Made by a program: the position numbers and the translations under genes | Notes under the pieces: model-generated | Told to the model about the DNA's origin: nothing | Database searches by the model: none | What the model saw: only the letters and a program-made list of their open reading frames with translations | Part shown: positions 13,168 through 26,200 of the stretch, piece after piece | How positions within the stretch are numbered: position 1 is the stretch's first letter | Layout: every line of letters begins with the position of its first letter | From: Octopus vulgaris | Lineage: Eukaryota | Reading direction: 5' to 3' | Assembly: GCA_951406725.2 (NCBI GenBank) | Contig: OX597815.1 | Coordinates: 174,406,001-174,470,000 of the forward strand | DNA length: 64,000 nucleotides

Positions 13168-13843
13168 CCCTTTAGCTTTTAAAACATCCATATCCAGCCC
13201 AAATATTCTCCTTGTTTTATGTTCAAACCAGCCAGATCCAGCCTCTCATACCTACCCTACAATGTAATGATAAACAAACCTAAAAGTACCCTAAAAATAA
13301 ACAATCACATTATTGAATTCTCAAAGCGATGAGATAATGCATGATTAATTCAAAACAATGAGAATAAATAAGCATTTCATTTAACAGAGTTGTTGACATC
13401 CTTTTGTCTCGAGAGACAATGGAGTTGCACATAAACTAATCCAGTCTGGTTTTTACATTTCATGTCCCCTCCGGTTTCCTCTCCAGTTTTGTGCAGGCCT
13501 GGGTTAGATGTAAGAAAATCCTGGGTAGCCCAATCGTCAGGATTCCTCTCTCGACCTTTGCTGACAAAGGAGTGCAGAGTATTACGTTTGGCACCAGCTT
13601 GGTTGCAGGAGCTGCCGGAAGAGTGTCGAGTCGAATGCTAAACCACCTACAGGGCTCCGTTCCGGATTTCTTTGAAGGTTGTCTTCTTTCCGTAACCCTG
13701 GATAGGGGCCCATACCAGGTACTGTCAGCCAGAGCCAGCTGAGCCTGGGACTCGTGTCAGGCAGGGTCATCACTCCCTGAAGTAGTGAAGAAAATCGCTA
13801 CCTATTACCTAAAGTTTAACAGAATAACTTGAATGTTAAAGAG
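13168..13843. mobile_element. TTAA-flanked piggyBac-like MITE interrupted by a solo LTR
   Basis: TTAA|CCCTTTAGC ... AAAGAG|TTAA termini; other copies at 19639-19853, ~27630-27840, ~29050-29256, 32574-32766, ~37430-37650 and ~40862-41460. Confidence 0.7.
13391..13821. mobile_element. Probable solo LTR (431 bp)
   Basis: TGTT...AACA termini, imperfect 4-bp TSD GAGT/GAAT, GC-richer than its flanks, splits a known repeat cleanly. Confidence 0.6.
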
Positions 13844-13987
13844 TTAAAACAAGGAGCTTGAGAAATTGCACAAAAATAAAATAAGCATTGAGTTTAATGA
13901 ATTTTTTTAACAAAGAACATGAAATTCATCAAAATCTTCCTTTTTATTTCTATCTTTTGTAATTGTTCTTCTTTATATTGTTTCAAT

Positions 13988-14037
<50 letters not shown>

Positions 14038-14098
14038 CATACCTTTTCCCATTGTTTGGATTTTTATTATTATTAATTTTGCTTTCATTTCTTTGTAG

Positions 14099-14235
14099 GA
14101 TTCTAAAATATACATTTTGGTGTGTGAAGTACATTTTGGGAATAGATGTTGAAACAAGAGGAAAGAAAAATCTCGAAGTGGTTAAAGGGCCTTATATAAT
14201 TACATGCAACCACCAGAGTTCCCTTGATTTCATTG
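14099..14235 (+). CDS. AGPAT1: AGPAT exon with catalytic motif I
   Basis: Acceptor ctttgtag|G and donor G|gtaagt; encodes [45 protein letters not shown]. Confidence 0.93.
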
Positions 14236-17200
14236 GTAAGTGACAGTCTTTTAAATACTATTTTGTATTTACATATTCCTTATCCATAACATCTTCTGAA
14301 AGCTCAATTAAGAAATATAAGGACAAAGTTTCATTCTCGAAAATTTATAATCTTTGATCATTTATATTAGAGTTGGTGAAATCCCCACCCACAAGTAAAA
14401 TTTCTCATGCATTCAAATTTAAAACTACCCACTGACAAAGTTCTCTAAAGACCCATTAAAAAAATCAAAGTTTAAACCTTAAAACCAAAGCAATAATTTA
14501 AGTTCCTTTTAGCACCCAATAAAGCATCAACAATATTCTTTTAGTTGTTTCACTTGTCTTGTGATATTAATCATGAGTTGGAATTTGTACAAATTGAAGA
14601 AGTAATAGTCACAGCTTTATTGCAGCCAATTAACATTTAGCATTTGGTAATTCATTAAATCAGTACTGATGTGGATATAACTCTTCTAAAATGACTAATA
14701 CACGTAAAAGTTGCTAGCAATACTGTTTTATTTAATGATAAATGGATAGTTTATTATTTTTACAAAGAAGTAAAATCTATATCATATTTGTAAAGTTTCA
14801 GTTACACTTTATAAAAAGTTCCGCCTTGAATCTTACTATTTGTCCAAACATAAAAAACCTAGAAAACAGAAAGAGATCCTAAGTTTAGACAAACTCATTT
14901 TTAGAAGGATCTTTATGCAAACAGCAGTTTATTTTTAAAAGACATATATCGGAAATACTTCTGCAAGTTATGAAATGTTTAAGCTAACTGCAAAGAGAGT
15001 GAAATTGTGCATTGAAGGAAAGTTTTTTTTCAAGTGTATAGTTGCTACTGCATGAATTTTAACTCCAGAACAGGCAGATTGTTTGTGAATATCAGTTTAT
15101 TATGGAGAACAGTTTCTGACTATGTAAATGACATAGCTAATATTGTTTAAGTAATCTTAAAACAAGCAGCATCAGAATGTGTGTTCTTATTCAATAGTTG
15201 TTGATAATACAACAGATAAAGTAAATGCAACTTGGTTAGCTATATTTGTATGTGGGATATTGACAAACTTTATGATACACCATTTCGCTTGTTATTAAAT
15301 TGATGCATGGGAGTATCATCGGTGAAGATGTTTGAGGTCAAATCAGTAACAATTATTTTGATTTGCCCTACATAAAACTTAATAACTTTTAGTTACGGAT
15401 GGTATACCATCTGTGGTAGGATTTAAAAATGGACTTGTATCTTCACTCAAGAAAGAATTTGAGTGCAACTGAATAGTGTCTTATTCACCAAAAACATTTA
15501 CATGTACATTTTCTAAAGAATATACTATATAATGTAAGTGTAACAAAATATTAACTTCATAGTAATATAAGGGATTGAATAACAAAGAGTTTAAATAAAA
15601 TCTGAAGGACCTCAAAGCAGAATATAACCTTTCACCTTTAAGCAAAGAGTGCTTGTTCAAGTACTTTTATGAACTGAGAAATGAAGGTCTTTATGGATGT
15701 CAAATGAATTAGATTTCCAAAATGGTTTGGTTTGATATTTCTGCTTGACCTTACAAGGCATTAAATAATCTCAAGGTAATGATTGGGTTCACAGTTAAGT
15801 TTGTAGAAAAACAGCAGAAAATTAAGTGTTGTTGACATCATTTATAAAGTGTGCATATCAGAAATGTAAATAATAAGGTTCATGAATCAGTAAATAATAT
15901 AAATACATGTATTTCCATCAACTTAAAATAAAAGTGGTTGGTTTTCATAACAGATATGCCTTTAGTATACAATACAGAAGTTGTCCCAATTTTTCCAAAC
16001 AGTCGAAGCTTTTATTCCATTTTTATCAAGAAAAGAATATTTAAGTGCAGACAACTTGACACTACAGACTCTTGTGATATTATTTGCAAATAACTGGAAT
16101 TTGGTATTATGTACTATTACTTATATCACGGTGTCAGTAAAAAGTAGGTATTGGCACAAAAGATTAAGTGCAAATAGGCTTAAAAAAAATAAAGTTAGTG
16201 AGTGGCTAGCTCGCTTACCAACCACATGGTTCCGGGTTCAGTACCACTGCATGGCACCTTGGGCAAGTGTCGTCTACTATAACCTTGAGCCAACCAAAGC
16301 CTTGTGAGTGGATTTGATAGATGGAAACTGAAACAAGCCCATCATATATATGTGTGTGTGTATATATATATATATATATGTATGTGTCTGTGTCCCCCCA
16401 ACATCGCTTGACAACCGATGCTGGTGTGCTTACGTCCCCATAACTTAGCGGTTCGGCAAATCAGACCGATAGAATAAGTACCAGGCTTACAAAGAATAAG
16501 TCCTGGGGGCAGTTTTCTCGACTAAAGGCGGTGCTCCAGCATGGCCACAGTCACATGACTAAAACAAGTAAAAGAGTAAAGAGAGATATAGGCATGCAAT
16601 ATATAGAAACAATAGATGCTTGGTAAAAAGGTTCTTCTGGTATTATAACAGATTGTACAATTTGTATATTGCCAACTTTATTGCTTCCTCAACTGCAGCT
16701 GATCTTCTTGCCTCTGCAAACATTGTAGAATCCTCCTACCATTCACTTCTCAACCAAAATGTGACTTAGCAATACTTTTGCTGCCTGTTTCATCCCCCAC
16801 CCCCACCCTCCCACACATACACAGGCACACAAATTTCCACCTAAATTATTTTTCCAATCAACCTGCTAGAAATAGTAACCAAATCTACTTCAAATCACAC
16901 CCAACCATCAAAAAATGTTAATGTAGACACCCTTAAAAATACAGAACCAGAAAATACTTCTACCCTGATAAATTGACACTTTACAAAGCTGAAGAATGAC
17001 TCTCATTGGAGCACTACTTATTTAGACTATATGAATTATCAGCTTCTCTTACCGGCACACTACAGTCTCTGATTCACAAACATAGTGTTTCTTCTTCTTT
17101 TTAATACTATTACAACTACAAAAACCTCTGATCTAACAATCCTCTTCATTATCATTTAACGTCTATTTTCCATGCTGGTATGGGTTGGATGGCTTGACAA

Positions 17201-20200
17201 GAACTGGTAAGGCCAGGGCTTGCACCAGGTTCCATAGTTTTGCCATGGTTTCTATGGCTGGATGCCCTTCCTAATGCCAACCACTCCACAGAGTGTACTG
17301 GATGCTTTTTAAATGGCACCAACACCAATGCTTTTTTTTACATGGCACCAGCATCCACACCAATGCTTTTTACATGGCATCTTGGCTTTACAATCTCAAG
17401 TCTGTTGTGATGGGCAGGTCTTCTCAAGTACAGCAATGTGCCACATATCTCAGTCCTCTGTCATCTCCTTTATAAGGTTCAGCATTTTGAGATTGGTCTT
17501 CAAAACTTTGCCCTATATCTTCCTGGGTCTTCCTCTTCCACAACTTTCCTCCACTTTACATGATCAGCACTTGACTTACCACCCATTTATCTGAGTAAGC
17601 ATTCGCTTCTGAAATCCTAAACATTTCTTCCACTCATTCCACCCTAGGACTCTAACCTTTTAGAACTCCTTCTTTACCAACATTTTTCCCATTAACATGA
17701 TCTTAGACATTCAAACTGAACACCAGCTTCTGCAATGGCCTTCAGCAGTCATAGATACTCCTCCTCTTTTTAATTAATGCTTAGGAAAAAAAAACTGGAG
17801 CAGTCTTTGGATACTTAAGAATTTATTGGTAAAATGATATTTTAGTGATTATTTAGTAGAATAAAATAACCTATGCCAACATTGAGAAAATGAGCATTGA
17901 AAACAATATTAGTGACACTAGTGAAATTTTAGTGTGTGTATATGCGTGTGTATTCTAGTCCTCATGGTGCACATAGCTTTGGTGGATGTTTGTCAAATAC
18001 ACCAATCTTGTACCATTTCTTTTCTGTTCATCTCAATATTCTTCCTTCATTTTCCATCACACCAGTGCTACCATCTCATCTACAGATGTGACCAGCTATC
18101 TCCAACTCAAAAAATCTTTTTAATTTATCAATAAGTGTTACATTAACCATTTCTCTCACTTACTCATTGGTTACATTATCTTGCCTCCTGATTCTAATAT
18201 CCTAAGTATGGCTTCTATTCTCTTGAAAAACGCCGCCGCCGTGGTGATCTCATTCTCGCCCACAACATCATAAGCGGAAAGTGTAACCTCTCGAAAGAGC
18301 TGTTCTTCACTCCTGCTCCAGAGCGTCGGCTGCGGGGTCATTCCGAAAAGCTCTACCTGCGACGATTTCATCTCAATCGAAGGAGAGGAGCTTTCTCCGT
18401 CCGGGTTGCGGATCCGTGGAACAAGCTGCCAGACGAGATGGTGAAGATGCCGACGACCGCTTTGTTCAAAGCCTCCCTTGACCTCAAGTGGCCTGAACTC
18501 TTTACATGAACACCACCCTGTACTTAACTCCATGTCCCCCTACATGGCCTTGCTATTTGCTTTTGAGCCAAATTAACTAACTAACTAACTAACTAACTAT
18601 TCAAAAGCTAGGAATTTAGCATGAAATGTGGTGGTACTGTGCTAAGTTTGGGGGTCCATATATATAGTAAACTTATCAAGGTTGTATAAATTTTTACCTT
18701 GCTATGTGTCAAGAGACAGTTGAACTTTCATATAGATTACTTGTTCTGTTTTATTAATTTCTTTCTTAATTCTACTTAATTCTTTTCTCAAACCTTCTCT
18801 TAGGCACTCCCATCCAGCTTGTCTCTTTACCTCCCATTCTCTTTGTTGTGTTCACTTCCCCCACCCCAAATCTTCTTCCCTCTGGAATTCCTTCCCTACT
18901 CATTGCTTTTTGACAGTTGTTGACTTATAAAAATTCAAGAAAAACATTAATAGCATCAACCTCACTGATCTGAGAGGTCTTACAAAGGCCATAGACACTG
19001 CCCCTTCATCCAGACTCAGCAAATAAAAGAAGAAAAAAAATTCTAAACTAAATAACTCTAACTGGTCAGTGGTTTTAATTATTTTTCCTTTTGTATTATA
19101 ACTGTTTGGATTAACCTAATATATATTCATCACTTCTGTCTTAGAATATTTAATAACTGGGCCACTTTTACTTCCTTCTCTTAAACTATTCTTAAACTAT
19201 TCGATATCACATTTCTTCTATTCTTGTAATTGTCATGAGAATGTCAGGATAACCTAGATTAACAAGTGTCTTATCCATCCATTGTATTTTACAAACTCTT
19301 TCTTGAAAAAACTTTCTCCTCATGTAATTGTTTAACAGAAAATGTAGGGGAGGCAGTGCAGTATGCTGAATCTGAGATATGCCATCATCATCAACATTTA
19401 ACATCTGACTTCTATGATGGCATGGAAGTTAGCACCATGGTTCAACAGCAGCTAATGAACCAGAGAACTGTGCAGAGCTCCTATGTCTGCTTTGCCATGC
19501 TTTTTAATGCTGGATGTCCTTAAAGACAACCACTTTACTGAGCAACTGAATCCTTTTTACATGTACTGGCACTAGTGAGGTCCCGAAGTAACTCACAAGA
19601 CAAGAACTCCTCTCAACTGAATGTTGGTATGGTATGAACCCTTTAGCATTTAACCCAGCCATATCTGACCAAAATATTTTACCTGTTTTAAATTAAAACA
19701 AACCAGATCCAACTTCTCATACATACCCTACAATGTCATTCTAAGAGTATACTATCACAACTTTGCAATATTGAAGCTACAAGATAATGCCTGATTAATT
19801 CAAAATAATGTAAATAAATAAACAAAAGACAAAGAAATCTAAATCCTAAAGGGTTAAGGAAAGTGAAAGTGTGATACTGACAGGAGAAGAGGTGTTGCTG
19901 AAGGGGAGATACAGGTACATTCCTCATATTGGGCTTCTATACAGCTCCTGTCTATCTGATTTCACTTACAAAATATGGGTCAACTTGAGGCTGTAGAAAA
20001 TTCCATTTGCCCACGATGTTACACAGCAGGATTGAAACTGGAGCCTCGTTATTGCAAAACAAACTTCTTAACAAGTATGTAAATTAGCACTATCCACCAT
20101 GGTGCTAACTTAATTTTCAACTGCTTTATATAACAGCTGATATATTCAATTAATTGAGGAAAGAAGCCAGGTACATCTTCTTTGAGGAGCTATCAACAAA

Positions 20201-23200
20201 TCATGAAACAGTCTGTCAGGAGATTCCCTCCATCTTTTTTTCTCACATCAATAGCATATATCCATATTTAACCAACTGACTGTGAGAGGTTTGTAATGTT
20301 TAAATTTATTGCAGTTTTTCAGATTAATAATCTATTGTGCACAAAATAGTGTGTATGTATGTCTGTTTAAGTGTAGTAGTTAGCACAACTACACAGCATG
20401 CAATATAACAACTTATTTATATATTCTATATTAAATATACATGCTACACCTTGAATACTGTGTGGACTGAGATCCCCATTGACAGGCCACTAATATGTCA
20501 ATGTGGAGACGCATGGCTCAGTGGTTAGAGCATCGAGCTTACGATCATGAGGTTGTGAGTTCGATTCCTGAACCAGGCTGCGTGTTGTGTTCTTGAGCAA
20601 AACACCTTATTTCACATTGCTCCAGTTAACTCAGCTGTAGAAATGAGTAGCAACATCACTGGTGCCAAGCTGTATCGGCCCCTTTGCCTTTCCCTTGGAT
20701 AACATCAGTGGTGTGGAGAAGGGAGGCTGGTATACATGGGCAACTCCTGGCCTTCCACAAACAACCTTGCCCAGACTTGTGCCTCGGATGGTAACTTTCT
20801 AGGTGTAATCCTATGGTCATTCATGACCAATGGGAGTCTCCTCAATATGTCATTGTAATTACTTTGAATTTTCAAACTTAGACAGTCAAAAGTTGTGATG
20901 TCCTTTTTGTTGTTGCGGTTAGCAGAGTTACATCATGTACAGTAGACATGAGGTTCAAATTGCACAGTTGCTCTCACAACTTTTATTTTCCCCATCTTCT
21001 GTATTATATATACATGCACACACAAACTCATACATTCATTCTACAATATTTAGCTAGGCATCTTACCTTTGTAGTTATTCTTGTTATATGTAATGCTGTT
21101 TATAGAACATGAAAAACCGTATGCAGCATTTATTATTTCAATTTAGTTTTAGTCAAACGTTTGCTTTTATGCAAACATTACATTTTTTTTTTCTTTTTTG
21201 TATCAAATCTCTTTTAAAAAATTGCCAAATTTTAAATCGCTTCTGGTTTGACTAAAAAATCTACAAATACAAAATCTTTCTTTTTTCTTTTTTTCTCTCA
21301 TTTTTCTTTTTTTTCCAAATCTGTTCCAGATGTATTTTGAATAATAAAAAATGAGGTGATTAAACAAAAGAATCTGTTTGAAAATTTGGATTCTATGATG
21401 GGTGGGGATATGTTTTATTAGTTAAAATGCCTTGATGAGTTTTGTAAACACTTATTTAAATGTAATTTTTGGGTTGTGTCTTGAATTTTACACATAAAAT
21501 GAAATTCTGAACGCAGCATTATATTACCATTAAACTTCTATTTTTCTGTTTACTATGGGAAAAAAGAAAAGAAAAGAAAAATACATAAATTCGAGAAAAT
21601 TAAGAACAGTAGCTCATATTATGCATGTGTTAACTTACTTGGGGAAATGGAGAAATCTACAAGTTGTAAATTCTATTGTGCATAAAACATATGATCACTG
21701 CCTTCTGATTATATACTCTGCCAAAATGTGATAAGATCTACGAAGTACAGAACTGAAAGTCACTACTTTGTTTCATTGATACAGATTTGGAAATAAAACT
21801 GTTCATACAGTTCTCTGACTGATAATCAATTATTCAATGACCTTTCATATCAATCTCTCTTTTATAACCTAACTTAGACTACACCTCAAAAATTTGGTTT
21901 CCTCTTCTGGGCTACATCATACTTTCAGCACTGAACAGTCACTGCTTACTTATTTGGAACAGTGCAGCCATGCATAAAAGCTGGCATGCATCCAAAATGA
22001 TGTCATTTGCCTTATAGAGAAGACTTTACACTCCAGTATATTCAACTGCTTGCCTACTACATGGTGTGTCGTCTCTGTCGCTTCTATTGCTGCTCATCTG
22101 AGCTTGCTAATTTCATATTACCCCCTCACAAAATCACACATTGCACCTCTTTCTCTTGTTAATCCTATTGTGCCTTACTAAGACTCCATACTAAACAGCT
22201 TAACCGATTCTTTCTCCTTAGAACTACAATTTTCTGAACATCCTTTCTACCTTCATCCAATGAGATATTTTGAATTACAAGCTGTGGGAGCTTCTGTGTG
22301 TTATTACTCAGTTCACTCTCATTCATATTACATCCTTCCAATCTACAAAAGAACACTTTGTATAATGAAGTCCTTGTATAACATGCCTGGGTAAAAGACT
22401 GGATGGTCACAGCTAGAGTGTTTTGATCAATCAGGACTGATTTGGTGCCAAACAACAACTTTGTTACACATACATTCAAGTAAAATATCAATTGTGTTTA
22501 CCACACTAATGTGAAAGGGCTTCTAGTTATTATGAACAATAGGCCTTTTCTAACTGAAATGATAAAAGCTATCAATAAATAAAGGTTGTCAAGTTGAAAT
22601 GTTTTTTGTGAAGATGTAAGTGAGATTAAAGAGATATTTGTTGAATGTTAGATCTTTCCTCTTAGTTTAGACTTGCACTTTAAGATATGTTTTTTTAGCT
22701 ATAATAATATTTAACCATTCTAGAATAGACGTCTGTTTTTTAACTAAGAGTACATTAGGCTTCTTTTTTTTTTTTGTTTAAACAAGTCGACTTCATCTTA
22801 TCACTAATCATTTCTCTACTTACACTCGTAAGACATTCATTTAACTTGTGTATCAGGATGTTTATTCTTCTATTCTTTTTCTAATAAACTATAGGTAATT
22901 GGACAAGTCATTTAATGCCAGAAACGATATCATCTTTTATTTAATGTGAATTATGTAACCTGAACAAACATTGATTCGTTGGTACTATATTTCACACAAG
23001 CTCATTTGGTTTTCATTTTGTCTTATGTAATTGAAAAATTTGAATAGATTCTTTTGACAAGTCTTATCAGAATCTGTTTTTGTCAATAAATAAATCAAAT
23101 GTGTGAAGAGGGAAATAAATGTATGCTCGGCTGGAATCTATTGGTAGCTTTCTTTCTGTTGTCTTGTATGTGTTGAAAATGTGTTGGGCTTGGCAAAGGG

Positions 23201-26200
23201 ATAAGTCTAATATTTAGTTATTAACAAAGGAAAGGACTGAATTTCTTAGTAAACATTACTGATCCTTGTACTCTCCTCTACTTCATTATCAGATTCACAT
23301 ATTCCTTTTTTTTTTTTTTTTCATGTAAAAAGAATAGATATCCTTTTCCTGTGGTCTGTATTTTATGATGTCTGAGAATTTCCCAAAACCTGCAGAAATG
23401 TATAATTTCATTTATGTGCCAGTTCTCTATCTAATACAGTCAACTAATGCACCAAATCTTTTTATATATCCAACATATAATATCCATTAATCTTAGTCTC
23501 TGTTTCATGTATGAACCGTAGATGAGAACTTTTACAGTCACTAATTATTTATTTTTGAAAGTTGTTTACTCTCTTTTTTCATTTCATTGTTTTTTTTTTA
23601 TATTACCTTACCTGTTCTATTCTTCATATAGGTGTGATCTCCATTCCACTTAGCTGAGTTTCTACCACTTGATATACTTCTTACTTTCTGGCTGAAGTAT
23701 AAGCTCTTTAACTATTCATGTTGTTATTGTTCTTGTGTTTACTATGGTGCACCATACCATAACATTTTTTTTTTATCTGCTACATATACTTCTTGTACTG
23801 GAACCATCTTAAGATTTTGTTAAGGTTAATTCCAAAAAAAAAAAAAAACGTTCAAGATTTTATTTGGTCTCCTTTTAGCAGTTGGCAGGCATTGCCAGTA
23901 GTGTTGGAAATAGTCATCTGCCATCTATTGTGAGTGTTTCAGAACCAAAAATATACAGAATATACAAACGTTTTATAATATGTTTGCAAAATGGTTAATC
24001 TTCTCTGCTCCAAATTTTTCATCAGCCTTAAGGCTTTCTTACATCTAAGCAGAAGACAGGGGGAAATTATATAAGATGTACTAAAAACTTGTAAACCTAT
24101 TGATTTACAAACCCCAAAGAAATGAAAATTAAAATTGAATACTGCTATGAACTGGTCTCAAAAGTCTGTAATATTTAATGAATTATTAAATTAGTATGAA
24201 GTTATATATACTGGGTTGATTTTATTGACCTTATTAGAATGAAAGACAACTTAATGTCAATGGGATTTATTCTCAGGAAATAAATTTCAAATTTCTTTTA
24301 TAATATTCAATGAAACCTGTTTCAATACTTAACATGTGTCTCTGCTGTACATGGTGGTGATATTAGGTCAGGTCATCATCAATAACAGGTTTGTAATGCT
24401 TATTAGTAAATGCAGAAAGAGTATGGTTTATATATCTATTAAGATCGTTTTCATCTTTTCAGGATTGATAAAATAAGTACCAGTTGAGCACTGGGGTTGA
24501 TGTTGTCAACTAGATGCCTCATCCAAAATTTCAGGTCTTGTACCTATAGTAGAAAGTAGGAAGAATATTTATAGTGAAGATAGTTGTTCTTACCTTCCCA
24601 AAAGGTAGTTAGTGACTGGTCACAATTAAGAATAAGAATTGTGAATTACATTTTGCTTAGAACCTTATGTGTGCATGATGCATGCACACAGCTTGTTGGT
24701 TATAAAACCATTAGCACAATAAAGATATTTTTCATATGTGTGAATAGTATTTATTTATAAAAAGGATAAAAGATGATAAAAATAGATATCATTTTCTGTC
24801 ACATAAATGAAATTCATGATTCAGTCACAAAAAATTGAAAGCTGTATGACAAGTTTATCAAGACTTTAATGTCACATATCACAATAGTCACAAGAACAAT
24901 AATAATAGTAATAATGATTTCAAATAGTTCTTTTTCAATAAATGTCACTATGAAGTTTGAAAATTGGATGTAATAAAAGAAAAATACAAAAGGGTATGTG
25001 TGCTGTATTATTTTAGGCTATACAAATAGTGATAGGGAGAGTTCATTGGAGGACAAAGATCAACGATGCTTCAATTTTTGGATATACATATATATATTTG
25101 TGTGTCCCACTGCAACTTTAGCAAGTGCCTTTTACTGTAGCCCCAGGGGCCAGCTAAAGGTTTGTGACTGAATTTAATAGACGAAAACTGAACATGTGTG
25201 TGTGTGTCCTTGAGTTGACATCATGTGATACTTGTAAACAAGTGATGTTATTTGTTTCCAGTCTTCTGTGAAAAACATGTCTGGCCATGGAGAAATATCA
25301 CCTTACTTGGAAATAGGTGAGAGCTGATGACAAAAAAGCTGTCCAGCTCTAGAAAATCTGTCTCAACAAGTCCTGTCTGATCTGTGCAAGTATGGAAAAA
25401 CTGGATGATAAAACAATAATGTAATATATATGTGTGCGTGTGTGTGTGTGTGTGTGGTTGAAAAGTTAACTTGATACATCTTTATTGATAATATATCAAA
25501 GAAAAATAAACCAAATGTTACAAATATTTTCCTTGTAATTGTAAATCAATAGAAATTAAGTAGGCTAGAGTAAGTGTTGAATAAATGTCTGACACCATTA
25601 TTTTGTACTTTAATAGTAATTGATTAGTAAATTCTTCAAATAGGCATTGAAAATAGAACTGCATATATTTTTTTTTAACAAAAGTAGGTCAAAAAGCTAA
25701 TCAGATATTTTGTGTTCTCAAAGCCAAACTCAACTTATTGGAATGTTGATCAAATACAATTTTGTTTTTTCAGTACGCCCACTTTTTTACATTTATATTG
25801 AACAAAGGCATTGTTACCTTTGTGTCACCTTATCATATTACAAATAATTTCTTCTAGAATGTTGTGTTTCTTTTAGTTTAAGTAATGCACTTGATAATCA
25901 TTTATCTGAAATTACCAAATCTGAAACCCTACAAATTTTTGAAATTTTTGTAAGGAGTGAGAGAAGTAATGGAAAATGAAAGCACTTGGAAAGAGTTTAA
26001 AAAAAAGTATATATAGGTGCAAGAGTGGCTGTGTGGTAAGAAGCTTGCCTCCAAACTACATGGTTCCTGGTTCAGTCCCATTGTGTGGCACCTTGGGCAA
26101 GTGTTTTCTTCTATAGCCTCAGGTTGACTAAAGCCTTGTGAGTGGATTTGGTAAACAGAAACTGAAAGAAGCCCATTGTGTGTGTGTGTCTTTGTGTCTG

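Noticed and set aside
14052-14098. Hydrophobic ORF starts at 14052 and 36299 as signal peptides or transmembrane helices
   Set aside because: They are translated polypyrimidine tracts upstream of clear AG acceptors
20503-20578. tRNA-like sequences with A and B boxes (also ~1349, ~27841, ~31812)
   Set aside because: They run straight into shared repeat bodies, one has a TSD, and the acceptor stems are imperfect, so they are SINE heads rather than tRNA genes
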